Positions 11,401 through 24,800 of a stretch of DNA of 55,349 nt are shown piece after piece. Position 1 is the first letter of the stretch. Each line of letters starts with the position of its first letter. Below the pieces are notes generated by a model. That model had not been told where the DNA came from, ran no database searches, and saw only the letters and a list, made by a program, of their open reading frames with translations. A program made the translations under genes and the position numbers. Source of the DNA: Intoshia linei (Eukaryota > Animalia > Orthonectida); contig LWCA01000096.1 of the NCBI GenBank assembly GCA_001642005.1, forward strand, positions 1 through 55,349. The letters run 5' to 3'.

Positions 11401-13636
11401 GTCGGCAGAGCTAGCGACCGTTTTTACAAAGTACACAACAGTCAAGGTCGTACATAATAAATTTAAAAAAATAAATATGTACCAATATTTTGAATTTATT
11501 CTAGAATTATTCAAACACTGAAATCCAGTACATTGAATATCATATGATTGATTAGTTTGATCATAATTTGAACGTTTCTAAGTTTTTTTTAATAATTTCA
11601 AATGTTTAAAATTACTCTTGGTTTAATACTAAAATAAGATTAAATTATATACATATTATTATAGTGTTGATATTACATATAACAGGGTGGTCCAAAGTTT
11701 AAACTCCAAACAAATGAGTAAATGCCAAAAAGTATATTTCGTGGGCCGCAACATTATAAAAATTTTAACACAATTATTTTATCATTTTCTTTCCTCTTAA
11801 TTTAATTTCAAACGATTTTTCTCCCTTGTACTGCTTATTTACATAACAAAAATATTTATTAAAGTTTCGGACATACGCATTAACTTTTCCTTGATCATTG
11901 CAGATATATCGATGTCGATTTTTGCTGTTAACATTCGTAAGCAAGCATTAAATGTCTCATCATTAGGGCAAGCATAAGCCCAAAAAGTCAAAATTTTACA
12001 GATTAATTACAATATGAATATTACTAGGCATGTGCACAATACCGATACCAAAAAAAATTGAGAAAAAAAGTATTGACAATACCAATACTCTTGATACATT
12101 TTTTGGAATTTGTTGGAGTTGGATACTTGGAACGTCATATGCAACATCAGCTTTAGCATCTAGTGTTTTTTTAGAAATTTTTTTTAAATGTATAGTTAAG
12201 CGTGGGTGTTAATACAATAAAATATAAACCATGACAACTTACCACAATGTTATTTTTGCAAAAAATAAAGTTACATTTAAATTTTTCTATACGATTTTCA
12301 AAAAAATATTTAAAATGATGAGCGTAACTCGAATCGGCATCTTTGCAACACCCCATTCTAGATTATTTTATATATCATAATAATCCACCATTTCCGCACT
12401 AACCGACCTTAATTCTTTGATATGTGTGACACCCTACTGTACATGTATAATATGTACTATAAGACAGAATTATTACTATGAGGTAATTATGATATTTCTG
12501 TAAACCAATTTTTTTCAAACGTTGCACTCAGGAAATTTGATAAAATTTAAGATTTGTTGCTAAAAATTTAAAATAATAATTTTTTTATACACCGTTTCAG
12601 AGTCAGTTAAATCACATTTTTTTTTGTTTTGAAATAAATTTTCCCCCTAAATTATGAAATTGTTATTAGGAAAGAATCTGATTGCAATTTACACAACTTG
12701 AATTGCAGATTGTGTGACATATTTATAATTTCTACATCCATATAATTATTAAAAAGCTCCAATTTAGGTTTAATAGAATCAAAATAAGCAAATATAGTTG
12801 GAAATTTCGCGGGTCACGCATTAGATCACCCTGATATATAAGTCTAACATATTACTTTAACCATTACAGTATGGTTAATCAACAAAAATTAATGATATGA
12901 AATTATAAACATTTACGATATTTACAAATAAAAATTACTTTTTTTTATTTTGAAATTCTTGGTCCAAGCTGTAATCGGGCTTATTTGATGCTACATGGCT
13001 GATTAAAGAAAACTATTAATAAATTAAAAAATACCTGAACAATTAGAACATTCAAATGAGTTGATGCAATCTGCATATATTTCCTCGATACCCATGCATT
13101 TCCCATGATACCATTCATTACAAATATCACATTGTCTAAAATTTAAATAATATAATTATAATTTATTAATAAAAATATGGAAATAAAGATATTAATCATT
13201 TAAATTTTAAACTAAAATTTAGTATATTAATCTAAGTTAAAATTATTATTTTAGACTATATTTTAGAGTATTGTAGACATTAAAATAAAGTGGTCAGAAA
13301 AAATACGTACTATCAATTTTAGTTTATTTGGTGTTAAATGTAAAGCTAAAACTACTTATCTATGATGACGAATAAAAATTTTCCGCTTAAAATTTATTCC
13401 AAATAAACTAAAAGTGATAGTACGTATTTTTCTGGCCACTTTATCTAAAAGCTAAAAAATGATATAAATAAATAATTTTGATAACTATAATATAAAGTAA
13501 AACAAGATAAACTTTTAGCATAACTACAATTACAATTAACTTACATCATAAAAGTTTTGCATTCGGTGGATTTACAAATACAATATAATTTAGATTCTTT
13601 TTTTTTTGTCTTGTAGTGTTTCTTTTGTTTATTCAT
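8464..13636 (-). CDS. CXXC1: CFP1/Spp1 (COMPASS subunit): PHD finger plus C-terminal CpG-binding-protein domain, no CXXC finger found
   Basis: 11 phase-consistent exons: 13636-13545, 13135-13035, 12990-12939, 11628-11616, 11577-11483, 10662-10630, 9619-9418, 9378-9280, 9193-9053, 8774-8622, 8580-8464. Motifs LYCICK..FMIQCDICNEWYHGKC, SKYCCDECGIKVALKRIECILPERLQNW, YCKRLKLMCPEH, EICGYPL, CTIHYNWDRL and NRGNFLGILLHNT match CFP1. Confidence 0.93.
9730..10421 (+). mobile_element. 3'-truncated copy of the Helitron family, in a CFP1 intron
   Basis: Reverse complement of the 5' part of the 51654-53134 copy (tataatatgctatgcaatatttgtt..gtgtgtgttat, ttacagttttttccgggtgt, aaatttcaaccccagaaatctacgcattc). 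Confidence 0.75.
11105..11306. mobile_element. hAT-type MITE nested in another MITE
   Basis: Terminal inverted repeats (TIRs) CAGTGATGAC / GCCATCACTG with a perfect 8-bp TSD ctctaaga (11097-11104, 11307-11314). Confidence 0.8.
13286..13443. mobile_element. ~160-bp palindromic MITE in CFP1 intron 1
   Basis: taaagtggtcagaaaaaatacgtactatca... versus ...tgatagtacgtatttttctggccacttta. A second copy lies at ~41282-41467. Confidence 0.8.
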
Positions 13637-13740
13637 AAAATAATAAAACTACAAAATTAAAATGCAATACTAAATTTAAAATTTAATTTAAAAACTATAA
13701 TATAAATCAGCATGGAAACAAACATAAACTTTTTTATTCA
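13637..13740. promoter_or_regulatory. Putative bidirectional promoter between CFP1 and DHX16
   Basis: Divergent ATGs are only 104 bp apart. Contains X-box-like ATCAGCATGGAAAC (13706-13719). Confidence 0.55.
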
Positions 13741-16700
13741 ATGTCTATAGAAAATTGGGTGAATGATAAATTACACGATCTTTTGGGCTTGTCGGATAAA
13801 TTTATATGTAAATTTTTGATTGAACTAGCAAAAGAATCAACATCATGTGATAAATATATTGAAAAACTGGCAAAAACAAATACCATTGATATTACTAATG
13901 AAATAAAAATTTTTGCTCGAGAATTGTTTAATAAGGTAACAATCAAGAGTCTTGATTGAATACATTGATTATGAAAATTTAATTATTAAATTACAGGTGC
14001 CACATCAACAAATATCCATTAAACAAAGTGTTGTTGAAACTCGTAAAGCAATAGAAAAGCAAAAACAATATCGATCTTATAAATTTGTCAGTGAACCTAA
14101 AAAAAAGTCTGGAAGGGTATCAAATTGAAATTTCATAACTTTAAAAAATGAAATCAATTCTTTTATTTTGACATAATTTAATTTTAGCGAGTTAGGAAAC
14201 GAGAAAATGAGAGTAGTGATGAAGATTTGAATGTTGATAAAAAGCAAGAGGCAATTGATGAAGTACTGTCGAACGACGAAGACATGTTTGAAGTTGAAGA
14301 GTTAAAGAGACAAAAGGATTTGAAAGAGCGAGATGAATTCAGTCATCGGTTGAAAGAAAAGGACAAGGAAAAAACGAGACACATTGCTTCCAAAACTGAA
14401 AAAAAAGTAATTTTGTTATGCACTATATTTGGATTTGGATTGTTTTTAATGTTTTCAAATAGGCATACGAAGAAGCTCGAAAACGCTTGAAACTTGAAAA
14501 GGCTGACCGAAAAGCCACTGTAGGCGATTTAAGAATCAAATCTAGACGGGACTATTTTAACAAACGCCAACCTGAACAATATGAGGACTTGGAAATGGAA
14601 ATAAACGAAGAAGAATTTTATATGAAGGATCAAAAGTAAATTTTATTGGATAAATTTCAATTTTATAGATTAACTGAAGAGGAAATCAAAGAATTGAAAT
14701 ATAAAAAGAAATTATTGAAACTGGCCAAAGAGTACAAATTGGCAGGTAAAGAACAGACCGCCGAGCGTTATTTCATTCCAAAGGGCGATGAGGTATTACT
14801 TTAATTGAATTTATATTTATACTGACACACAGAAACCCTCCAACGTTTACGTAGAGGAGGAAACAGATGGCCATGCTAACCCCGAAATTGCAAAATGGGA
14901 AACTGGGAAAGTTGATGCGGCTACAATTCAATTTGGAGCCAAAGATGCAAAAGAGAAAAAAGCGATACATTACGATTTTGTTTTAGAAGATGAAATTGGA
15001 TTTGTGCAGACATTGCAAATGCCTGGATCAAAAAATAAACCCCCACAGGTATTGACTGAATTTGAAAAAAAAAGAATGACTATTGAAGAAACTCGAAAAA
15101 GCCTTCCAATCTACCCGTTCCGAGAGGATCTATTGTCAGCCATACGCGACCATGATGTTCTTATAGTTGAAGGCGAAACTGGTTCAGGAAAAACTACTCA
15201 AATTGCCCAATATTTACATGAAAGTGGGTACACTAAAAACAAAAAGAAAATTGGATGTACACAACCCAGAAGAGTCGCCGCAATGTCCGTTGCAGCTAGA
15301 GTAGCTGAAGAAATGAATAAAAAACTTGGTAATGAAGTCGGTTATTCTATACGATTCGAAGATCGGACAACTGAAAGAACTGTAATAAAATATATGACCG
15401 ATGGTATGTTGTTAAGAGAATTTATGAGTGAACCGGATTTATCCCAATATAGTGTAATGATTATCGATGAAGCACACGAAAGGACTATTCATACCGATGT
15501 ACTTTTTGGGTTAGTTAAAGATATCTCTAGATTTAGAAGTGATTTAAAATTAATAATTTCGAGCGCTACAATGGACTCTGAAAAATTTTCGTCCTTTTTT
15601 GACGATGCCCCAATATTTAAAATACCTGGGAGAAGATATCCGGTTGATATATTTTATACAAAAGTACCAGAAGTTGACTACGTTGACGCTGTGATTGTGT
15701 CAATTTTACAAATTCATGTAACTCAACCAAAAGGAGATATATTGGTGTTTTTAACAGGTCAAGAAGAAATTGAAACTACCGAAGAAATTTTAACAGAGCG
15801 ATGTCGTAAATTGGGTACCAAGATTAACGAACTCATTATTTTAGCTATTTATGCAAATTTACCTACTGATATGCAAGCCAGAATTTTCGAACCGACTCCA
15901 AAGAATGCCAGAAAAGTAGTTTTAGCTACAAATATAGCTGAAACTTCGCTTACTATAGACGGAATTATTTATGTGATTGATCCTGGATTCTGTAAACAAT
16001 CCGTGTTTAATCCTAGGACTGGGGTTGATTCACTTACAGTTTGTCCCATTTCACAAGCTAATGCCACTCAGCGGGCTGGAAGAGCTGGTCGGGTTGCTGC
16101 AGGAAAATGTTTTCGATTGTATACTTCTTGGGCTTTTGAACACGAGTTGGAATTGGAATGTGTACCGGAAATTCAACGAACTAATTTATCCAATGTTGTC
16201 TTAATGCTGAAATCTTTAGGTGTCGATGATTTGGTACATTTCGATTTTTTGGATGCTCCTCCGTATGAATCTTTGGTTTTAGCTCTAGAGTTGTTGTATG
16301 CTCTAGGCGCTCTTAATCATAAGGGTGAACTCACCAAACTTGGTAGGAGAATGGCAGAATTTCCTATAGACCCTAAACTTTCAAAAAGTTTGATTACTTC
16401 TGAAACGTAATATTACTGTCAATTCAATTGGGTTTAATATATTTTTAGTTATGGTGTATCTGAAGAGGTTTTAACTGTTGTTTCAATGCTCAGTGTAAAT
16501 AGTTCTATACTTTATCGACCCAAGGATAAAATTATGCAGGCTGATACAGCACATAAAGCTTTTTCTTGTTTTGAAGGGGACCATCTCACTCTTATGAATA
16601 TTTATAATCAGGTATATTTATAATCGGGATGGAAGACTCAATTTGCTTGGCTGACTAAATTTGAAAAAAAATTATCACACGGGCCGCAAAAAAATCTTCA

Positions 16701-19700
16701 GATTTCATTACTGCTTGAAATTTCTCGAGAAAAAAATTAACTCATACTGTTGGTAATATAATAAAAATTCTCAATTATGGAAAAAATAAGTTATAACAGT
16801 TCCAAAATTGTTAATATTTTTGAAATAATGAAGGATTACAATCTGGTATTAAATTTGTATTAAATTGGTTGTTAACTATAAAATTTTAAATAAAACACCC
16901 AAAGTAGGAGAAAAATGCGATTTATTTTATATTTTGTATAATCACAACTTCCATATACACAGTGTGTCAATTCATTAGGCAAATCACTAAAATTAATGTA
17001 ATAAACTCTAGGAATGATGAAAATTTAATTATTTTTTGTAATTAGGTGGCTTTTAATTGATGTTAATATTATTTATTAAAAAAACTAAATTTAATTAGTA
17101 AAAAAACTTTTTATTTACATATTATTGTTTATTTATTTAAATTAGTGTGTTAATTTGTTAGGCAAATTCGAAATTAGACAAAAAAATGACTTAAATAATG
17201 ACTAAAAAATTCAAATAACAAACTTATTGGCCAGAGGAAAGACAACTGTTCAAATATCCAAAGTTCTAAAAAACGACCATCGAACAATTAAAAAATGGGC
17301 TTATTACCCATCAAAAAAAATGATAGGTCAAAATATGATAAAAAAGGTAATGACACAGCGAGAATTATCTCGATTAAGGAGGGAAATATCTACCACACCA
17401 CTTGCTACTAGTTCCAAATTATTTACAACTTGTAACATTACCAATGGCTCGATAAATACTCGTTATAAGGTATTAAAAACCATTGCTTCTGTCAAAAAAT
17501 TTACGAAAAAGCCAATTTTAAAACCAATTCATAAAGTAAAACGTATTAATTGGGCTTAAGACAAATTTCCAGATGGTTTTGTTCACTGATGAATGCCGTG
17601 CAACTTTAGATCATATGTGATAATATATGATATGATCATATAGTAGGATATTTTTATCAGAAAATGGCATTAATGGAGAAAAGTTAATAATTTGGCCTCC
17701 TAACAGTTCAGATTTAAATCCAATAGAAAATTATTGGAGCATAATAATGATAATTTAAGTAAATAAACAATAATATGTGAATAAAAAGTTTTTTTAATGA
17801 ATAATATTAACATCATTTAAAAGCCACCTAATTACAAAAAAAATTAAGTTTTTATCATTCCTAAAGTTTATTACATCAATTTTAGTGATCTGCCTAATAA
17901 ATTGACACACTGTGTATAGTCCTAGATTAAACTCATTTTTGAGACTTTAAAGATGTACATTCAAATATTTTTTATTTTTAAAAGTGGTCCACTCATCAAA
18001 TGATATTTTACATCATTACATTTTATCTTAGAAATCTTTTCAATGATTTGTCTTCTAATTTTTTCAAAGTACAAGATTTAAAGTATTTACAATATTGATG
18101 ACACAGTTTTAAGATATAGGCTAGTCTATTGGTCTTAAATTTTTTCGAATAAAATTTGATCGGGTAACTTGGTTTATAGTTAAAAATTATTATTCGTTGA
18201 ATATTTTATTTTTGCATTCATATAACAAACTACATTTTTGAAAATTTTCAAATATAATTTTAAATTTCTTGAGAACAAGTACTATTTTTCATTAATGTAA
18301 TAATATTCAAATAGTGTAGAGACCCTGAATTAAAAATATTTATTTTTTTTGGACCCCAAAGAAAAAATGAAAGGTTTTTTTGTTAATGGATGGTAAAATT
18401 GGATTTTTTATTTTCGGTTTTGAATTAAGAAGTTGTTGCTCATAAGATAAGTAAAATGGGATATTTAAAAAAAATATTGGAAAAAGGCGACTTTCTTTTA
18501 AGTATTGGTAAACTTGGATTTTTATCTTTTTCTCATAAGGTTTTGTAAAATTTGTAAAATTCGATTTTTCCCTGAGTGTTTGAAATGGTATTTTTTATTA
18601 AATTTTAAATTAAATGGTGAGATAAAGTGGGATTTTCGAAATAATAGTAATGACGGTCGTCTAGGTTTGGCATAAATTCTCAAAATCTGGCAGGTATAAT
18701 AAATATTAAAAATTCTCTAATAAAAATAAATTGAAGTTGATAATATTTTATTTGAATCTTACAGACTCCAGTAATATAGTTTTTGACCCCTACGGGGTCC
18801 AGGGACCCCAATCGCGAACCACTGATCTTGAGCCACATTCATTTAAGCGATGTATTGTTCAAGCGATACATCTAGATTCTAGACATATTCATAGATCTTA
18901 CTAATTTATTATATTGATTTTTTCAAGAAAATTTTTTCTCCTAATTATGAAAATCTCTTAAAAGCCCTACAAAATTTTTTCGTCCAAAAATTAATTTCAA
19001 AGTATTTAAAAGATTTTCTCTTAAACCCTTACCAAATGTTTGAACCAAAATTATCTTCAAAATGGTAGAAAAAGTGTTTTCTAAAAAATCATACTGAATC
19101 TTAGGACCAAAATTATCTAGCAAAAATTTGATCAAAAAATCAATACTATGATTAATTAGCAAAATCTATGATTATGTCGATCTAAGCTGGATAGCTCAAA
19201 TGAATGTTCGTACAAAATTTCATAGTTAATCAGAAAATTACGAGTATATCATGATATGAATATTATGCTAATTTAAAATATAATTAATATTTTATAAATT
19301 CCAAAAAATTATAATTATTATCGTAAACTACAAAATATAATTAGTACAGAAAGACATAATTATTTTTATAATGTTAAAAAATTTAAATTAATGCTGGCTA
19401 ATGTGGTAATTATGATATTTCTGTAAACCAGTTTTTCAAACGGTGCGCCCTGGCCTATTTGTACGTCTCAGCTAAAAATTGAAAATTAGCAATTCACCAT
19501 TTCACAGAGGGTCAAATAAATTAATTCTGTGGAGATATTATATTTGGATTTTATAATTGGTATTAATTTAATGCAGTGTTTCCCAACCTTTTTTCCATTT
19601 GGTGCACTTTGAAGCAATTAATAATTATAGACATTTAAATGTATCATAAAGGTTGAAAATGTCTGTTCTACTGGATATTATATATACCTTATTTGATTTT

Positions 19701-20392
19701 TTTTAGTGGTTAGAAACAAATTATTCTACACAATGGTGTTTTGAAAACTTTATACAACATAGGTCCATGAGAAGAGCACGAGATGTCAGAGAACAACTTA
19801 GTACGTTAATGCAGCGAGTTGAAGTTCAAAGTTGTTCAAATGTTGATGACAGTATTGCAATACGCAAGGTTAATTTTTTAAATGTATACAAAGTTGACAG
19901 CTTTTATTAAAATGTAAAAAATATAATGTAGATGTGAATATTTTTTTTTAATTACTCTAAATTTGACACTACACATTGAAAATATGCTAAATAAAGAAAC
20001 CCTAATAAGAATAAAAGATATTAAAATAATTATAATGCAATTAAAAATAAAAGTTAAATATTTAATTAATACAATTAATTTAGTCGATTACAGCAGGATT
20101 TTTTTACCATACGGCAAGATTGTCAAAATCTGGTCAATACAAAACCATTAAACAAAAACAAACCGTTTACATTCACCCTCACAGCACACTTTTTGATGAA
20201 TTACCTCGTTGGGTTGTATACAATGAATTAATATTTACGACAAAGGAATACATGAGACAAGTAATTTTAATTGAAAATTCATGGCTTCTTGAAGTAGCTC
20301 CTCATTATTACAAGGAAAAAGATTTAGAACAACCAATGAAAAAAAAAATGCCAAAAAAAATTGGAAAATCTGTCAAATCCATCAAAAAATAA
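13741..20392 (+). CDS. DHX16: Pre-mRNA splicing DEAH-box helicase DHX16/Prp2
   Basis: Exons 13741-13935, 13997-14116, 14188-14406, 14463-14635, 14669-14792, 14833-16406, 16449-16611, 19707-19868, 20084-20392. Motifs: N-terminal [48 protein letters not shown], and C-terminal [16 protein letters not shown]. Confidence 0.97.
16958..17914 (+). mobile_element. Internally deleted Tc1-family transposon with long TIRs, in DHX16 intron 7
   Basis: TA|CACAGTGTGTC ... GACACACTGTG|TA with TIRs >130 bp. Remnant transposase: HTH region (ORF 17227-17559), [12 protein letters not shown] (~17575) and [15 protein letters not shown] (~17690). The central D region is missing. Confidence 0.92.
18835..19207. mobile_element. 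MITE family (acattcatttaagcga...gctcaaatgaatgt) with internal cccta/ggaccaaaatt repeats
   Basis: Imperfect TIRs. Related copies at ~10755-11330, ~24200-24680 and ~48655-49000 (reverse). Superfamily unassigned. Confidence 0.65.
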
Positions 20393-20906
20393 TCTTTGTA
20401 AATTGTACATTTTTATATTCATCTTAATAAATTGAAAGCTCGAATGTATAACCCCAATGTGCAAACCTCGTTAGCCTGTTGGTGTATCAGTATATCAACA
20501 ATTACTCTTACACTTGACAACACGGGCATCCAATAGATATTTTTTAGTTGGTCGTTAAATGTACTATATTGAGGCATTGAAGTAAATCGATCATTTACTG
20601 CAAAGCTAACAATACCTGAACTTATCATGTGTGCTTATGATTAATGTTATCATGAAATGTATCTTATATACAATGTCATTTTTAATAATTAATTATTCCA
20701 GGTTTATTTTATTTTTAAAAATTAACAATTGATACTGACAATTTGTTTTTCAATTACAAATTCAACTTAAATAAACCAGCACAAATAGAATAAGCTCAAT
20801 TATATACGAATCTAAAAAATTAGAAAGAGTTTCTGAAAGACGCGAGATTCAGAATGTAATAAACTATACTAATTAACCAAGGAGATTTGTTTATAGTCTG
20901 AATTGT

Positions 20907-21714
20907 ATGTTGTCTGCTATACAAATTGGATATTTTAATAAATTAGCATTTGGAATTAAACCAATTTTTTGTTTGAGAAATACTATATCAAATTTATCTA
21001 GAAAAATGTCAAATCACGTAATAAATTATGAATCTGCTGGAGTAAAATCGCTAAAAGAAGTTTTACTTGAAAAGTATTCTGCCTGTCATTACATTGTTGA
21101 TTTCAACGCGACGTAATTTTAAATCAATGTGAAAATATTAAACGAAATACATTTAGATGGTGTGGACCTTGCAGAATGATGAAGGTTATTGAAATGATTT
21201 ATTTTTTTATTCGTTTTAGCCCAATTTGGTTAAACAGGTTGAAGACCACAACAGTAAATGCCCTAGCAATATTATTAAATTAATATTCGTGGACATTGAT
21301 GAATTTTCTTCCGAAGCAGAAGAATATAATGTACTTTTTGTTATTACAATTTATATTACTTTAAAGCCTACCATAAGAAGATTAATTTTAAAAATTATCT
21401 GAGCAATTTTTTAATTACACTTAGGTATTAACACTTGTGCTAATATTTGAAATTTGTTAGCATTTCTATAATTTCCAACTGCTGCATATGAAGTATATAA
21501 CGCTCATAGTGTTAATATATATTTTTAATTTTGAAAGTTAAAGAGTTTAAATTAAACCAAATTTCGTGTAAACTGGATATTTACAATTTTTATTTAGGTT
21601 AAGGGTATACCTCATATTATCGCTACCGATAAAAATAACAAGGAATTGCATAATAGCCCTGGAATGCTAGATGAAGCGAAAATTACAGCATTAATTTCTA
21701 GCTTTAAAGAATAA
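20907..21714 (+). CDS. Thioredoxin with N-terminal extension (TXN2-like, possibly mitochondrial)
   Basis: Exons 20907-21112, 21157-21184, 21220-21330, 21598-21714 give IVDFNATWCGPCRMMKP...FVDIDEFSSEAEEYNVKGIPH. Canonical WCGPC site; basic leader with no acidic residues. Confidence 0.92.
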
Positions 21715-21883
21715 GTTATATAAAATAAATTTTATCTTGTCAGCATAAAGGTTATAATAAAAACATATATTAATTAAGTTATTTATTTACTTAATTAATT
21801 ATCTTTGATCATTTTCTATAGCGAATTTTTTAATTTCATTTTTAAGAATAGTACAAAATTTTATTAAAAAATAAAAATTTGCA

Positions 21884-24800
21884 TTATAATACAGTCACAT
21901 ATGCCTTCCTTGTTTTTTTATAAAATTGATAATATTGTACAAATTGCATTGTTATACTTGACAAAACAGCAAAAAATACCAATACACCCAAAACTATGGA
22001 TAGAATAAATTTATAAAAACTCAAGGTTCGTTCTTCGCTTCTACAAATTAAATTAGAATAACATAATTTAAAGGTTAATCAATTGAATTGTGATCATCAT
22101 ACTTACACGTGTGAATTAATTAAAATTTATATATTTTATTGTTACTCATTTTATGGTCACATTTCAATAGTTTTATATTGATTGATCTTACACATTTGAT
22201 TTTATGTTTTGAATTACATGTACCACCAGTCCATTGAAAAGTTTATCAGAGAAACTAGCACATCCAATTATAAACGCTGATATTTTCTAAATATATTGTT
22301 TTTAATTTAAAGTACTGTATCCTTAAATTCTCGTGATACTTTTTTAAAATATGAATATATTACCTTCAATTCATCTGAAAATGATGTAATTTGAGCTAAA
22401 GATAATATTAACATTGTCGATGATCCTACTCCCGTCAATATGCTTATGATAACCCAATTCCATACTTTGTATATATTGTTTGATAGTATGAAAATGTTTC
22501 CTGTCGCAATAATAATTGCTCCAAAATAGAATGTTGACTAAATTATAATAAATGTAAACCAATGTATTAAATTGTACATATTTTAATATATTAGTACGTA
22601 GCATTAATAATTGTAGATACGGTGGAAATTACATTCAGTTTTGTGACTAAAATTCCACGTATAAGAAAGGAGACACTGTTATTATAATAAAGTATTTTTA
22701 CTATATTGACTGTTAGTTACTTTGTATAAGCAGCACCTAACTCTGCCGAGGGTGGACTTTTTTAATTATACCAAAAATTTAAATTCAATAATAAAATGTT
22801 ACCATTCACTATTATGAATCCACAGAGCTGAGAATGAATTTGTTAGGCAGAGCTAGTTAATTATAATAATCGAATCACCAAATTGTTTTTTTAAATTTTT
22901 ACACAAATATTAACAGAATAAATTAAGTCTGAATAATTCTACATAAATGTAATGTCATGTCAATTGAACAGTCCATGGTGAAAGAAGTTTGGGAACCCCT
23001 CCTTCACTCGAAATAAATGATAGAAGAAAACACTATATACTGCAGGTATTTTAAATTTTTTGGGATTCATATTTTTTAACTATTTACTAACTATACTTAG
23101 TAACTAATTTGATTGTTTTTAAGATCATACACTCATTTTCTATTAAATTAAAAACTCGGCTCTCGGCAGAGATGGCTACCGATTGTTTTAAGTACATAAC
23201 AGTCAATCTATACTATAGATTTTATAGTGTCATTATAACAAGTTAAATATAATCATATCTTGATACCATGCTTCCTATATATTTGGATATTTTCTTGATA
23301 ATGAGTGAACTTAAAAAGCAACTGCAAAATATAATGAGAGGTACGAGTGTTATAAATGTCTAAAATTTAAATTAGAATTTTGTATCTATTAATTATTATT
23401 GTAATAATAAATTGACTGAAAAAGATGTGCCATTCTTTGGACCAAAATAAAGATAATTGATTTTGAAAAATTAAATAGAGGTCCTTGTAAATATATTTTA
23501 TTTTTACAGTTTAAAAAAGGTTCAAATAGTGTATCCCAAAAAAAATTTAAAATTTTCATAAGTTGTTTTAAATGTTTTTGGGACGAAATCTATACCATAA
23601 TTTTATTTAATTTAAAATTTCAATTTCAAATACGTGAAATTACCTTAGGTAATGTGTGTATGGACAAAATAAATGTAGGAACATAAATTTGTAAGCAATT
23701 AAATACAAGTCTTGTAAACGTATATATAACGATCACCTAAACATAAAAATAGCAAATTATCATTTCCCTGTGAATCCACTGGACCAACAAACAATTTTAA
23801 GAAATATTGATGTATAAATCGTAAAAATTACCCCATAAAATTTTGGAAATTTGAAGCATTTAATTAACTTTAATTTAAAAGAATCTTCACATGAATGAGT
23901 TAATATTTGATTAATTGAGACATGGGTGTATTTATTTTCTTTCGTAAATACATGAAATATTATCACAAAAAACAATCCGATCGAAACCAAAATCAATGAC
24001 GTGTTCTAAATGTTGATAAATATTTTAAAATACATATTTGATACATTAGTATTAATACAATTGATAGATATCATTATTTTTTAAAATTTAAGTTAAACTG
24101 GAGTTGGCAAAATATTTTGACTACTTACAAATTGTATGTATTAACACTTTTAAAAGGCACAAATTCTAATACCGCTATTTCGACGTCCATTTTATGGAGA
24201 AAAATTCGTTGGATTTATATTGTTGGAGCGATACAACTTAGAGCGACATCATCATAGATTTTACTAATTTATAATAAATTATCATTAATTTTTTTCACGA
24301 AATTTTAGTGGGTTTTTTTATTATTATTAAAATGGTAGAAAAAAATAATCCCAATATAATTTTTTTTTCAAAATTGTGTTCAGAATCTTTAAACAATGGA
24401 TGAAAAAAAGTTCCCTTAAAATCCCTACCAAATTTTGGTCCCAAAATTATATTTAAAAAATGGTAGAAAAAAATATTCCCTACAAAAATTTTTGTCTCAA
24501 AATTATCTGTAAAAAATGGGTGAAAAAAGCTTCCCTTAAAAACACTACCAAATTTTGGTCATTGTCATAATAAAACCTTGAAGAAACCAAAAAAATATTA
24601 TCAAAAAATAAATGTTATGATAAATTATTAAAATTGGTTATGTCGCTTTAACAGTACATCGCTTAACTGAATGTTCGCCCGTTTTTTCAAATCAGACACG
24701 GTAAGCTTGGGTCTACTCGTGAAAATTAAAAATTTAAGTGACAGTAAATACATATATAAGTATAATAATATATAATATACAGTAGGGATGTGATTTTGTA

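Noticed and set aside
13734-16204. ORFs 13734-13946(-), 14773-14970(-) and 15977-16204(+)
   Set aside because: Shadow frames overlapping DHX16 exons.
18941-19162. ORF here, and those at 24628, 38412, 41543 and 48842
   Set aside because: They lie in or overlap AT-rich repeats and have no protein motifs.
20570-20610. AGCTTTGC (- strand) as the U4 snRNA 5' end
   Set aside because: The match is only 8 nt; no further U4 stem or Sm site was recognised.
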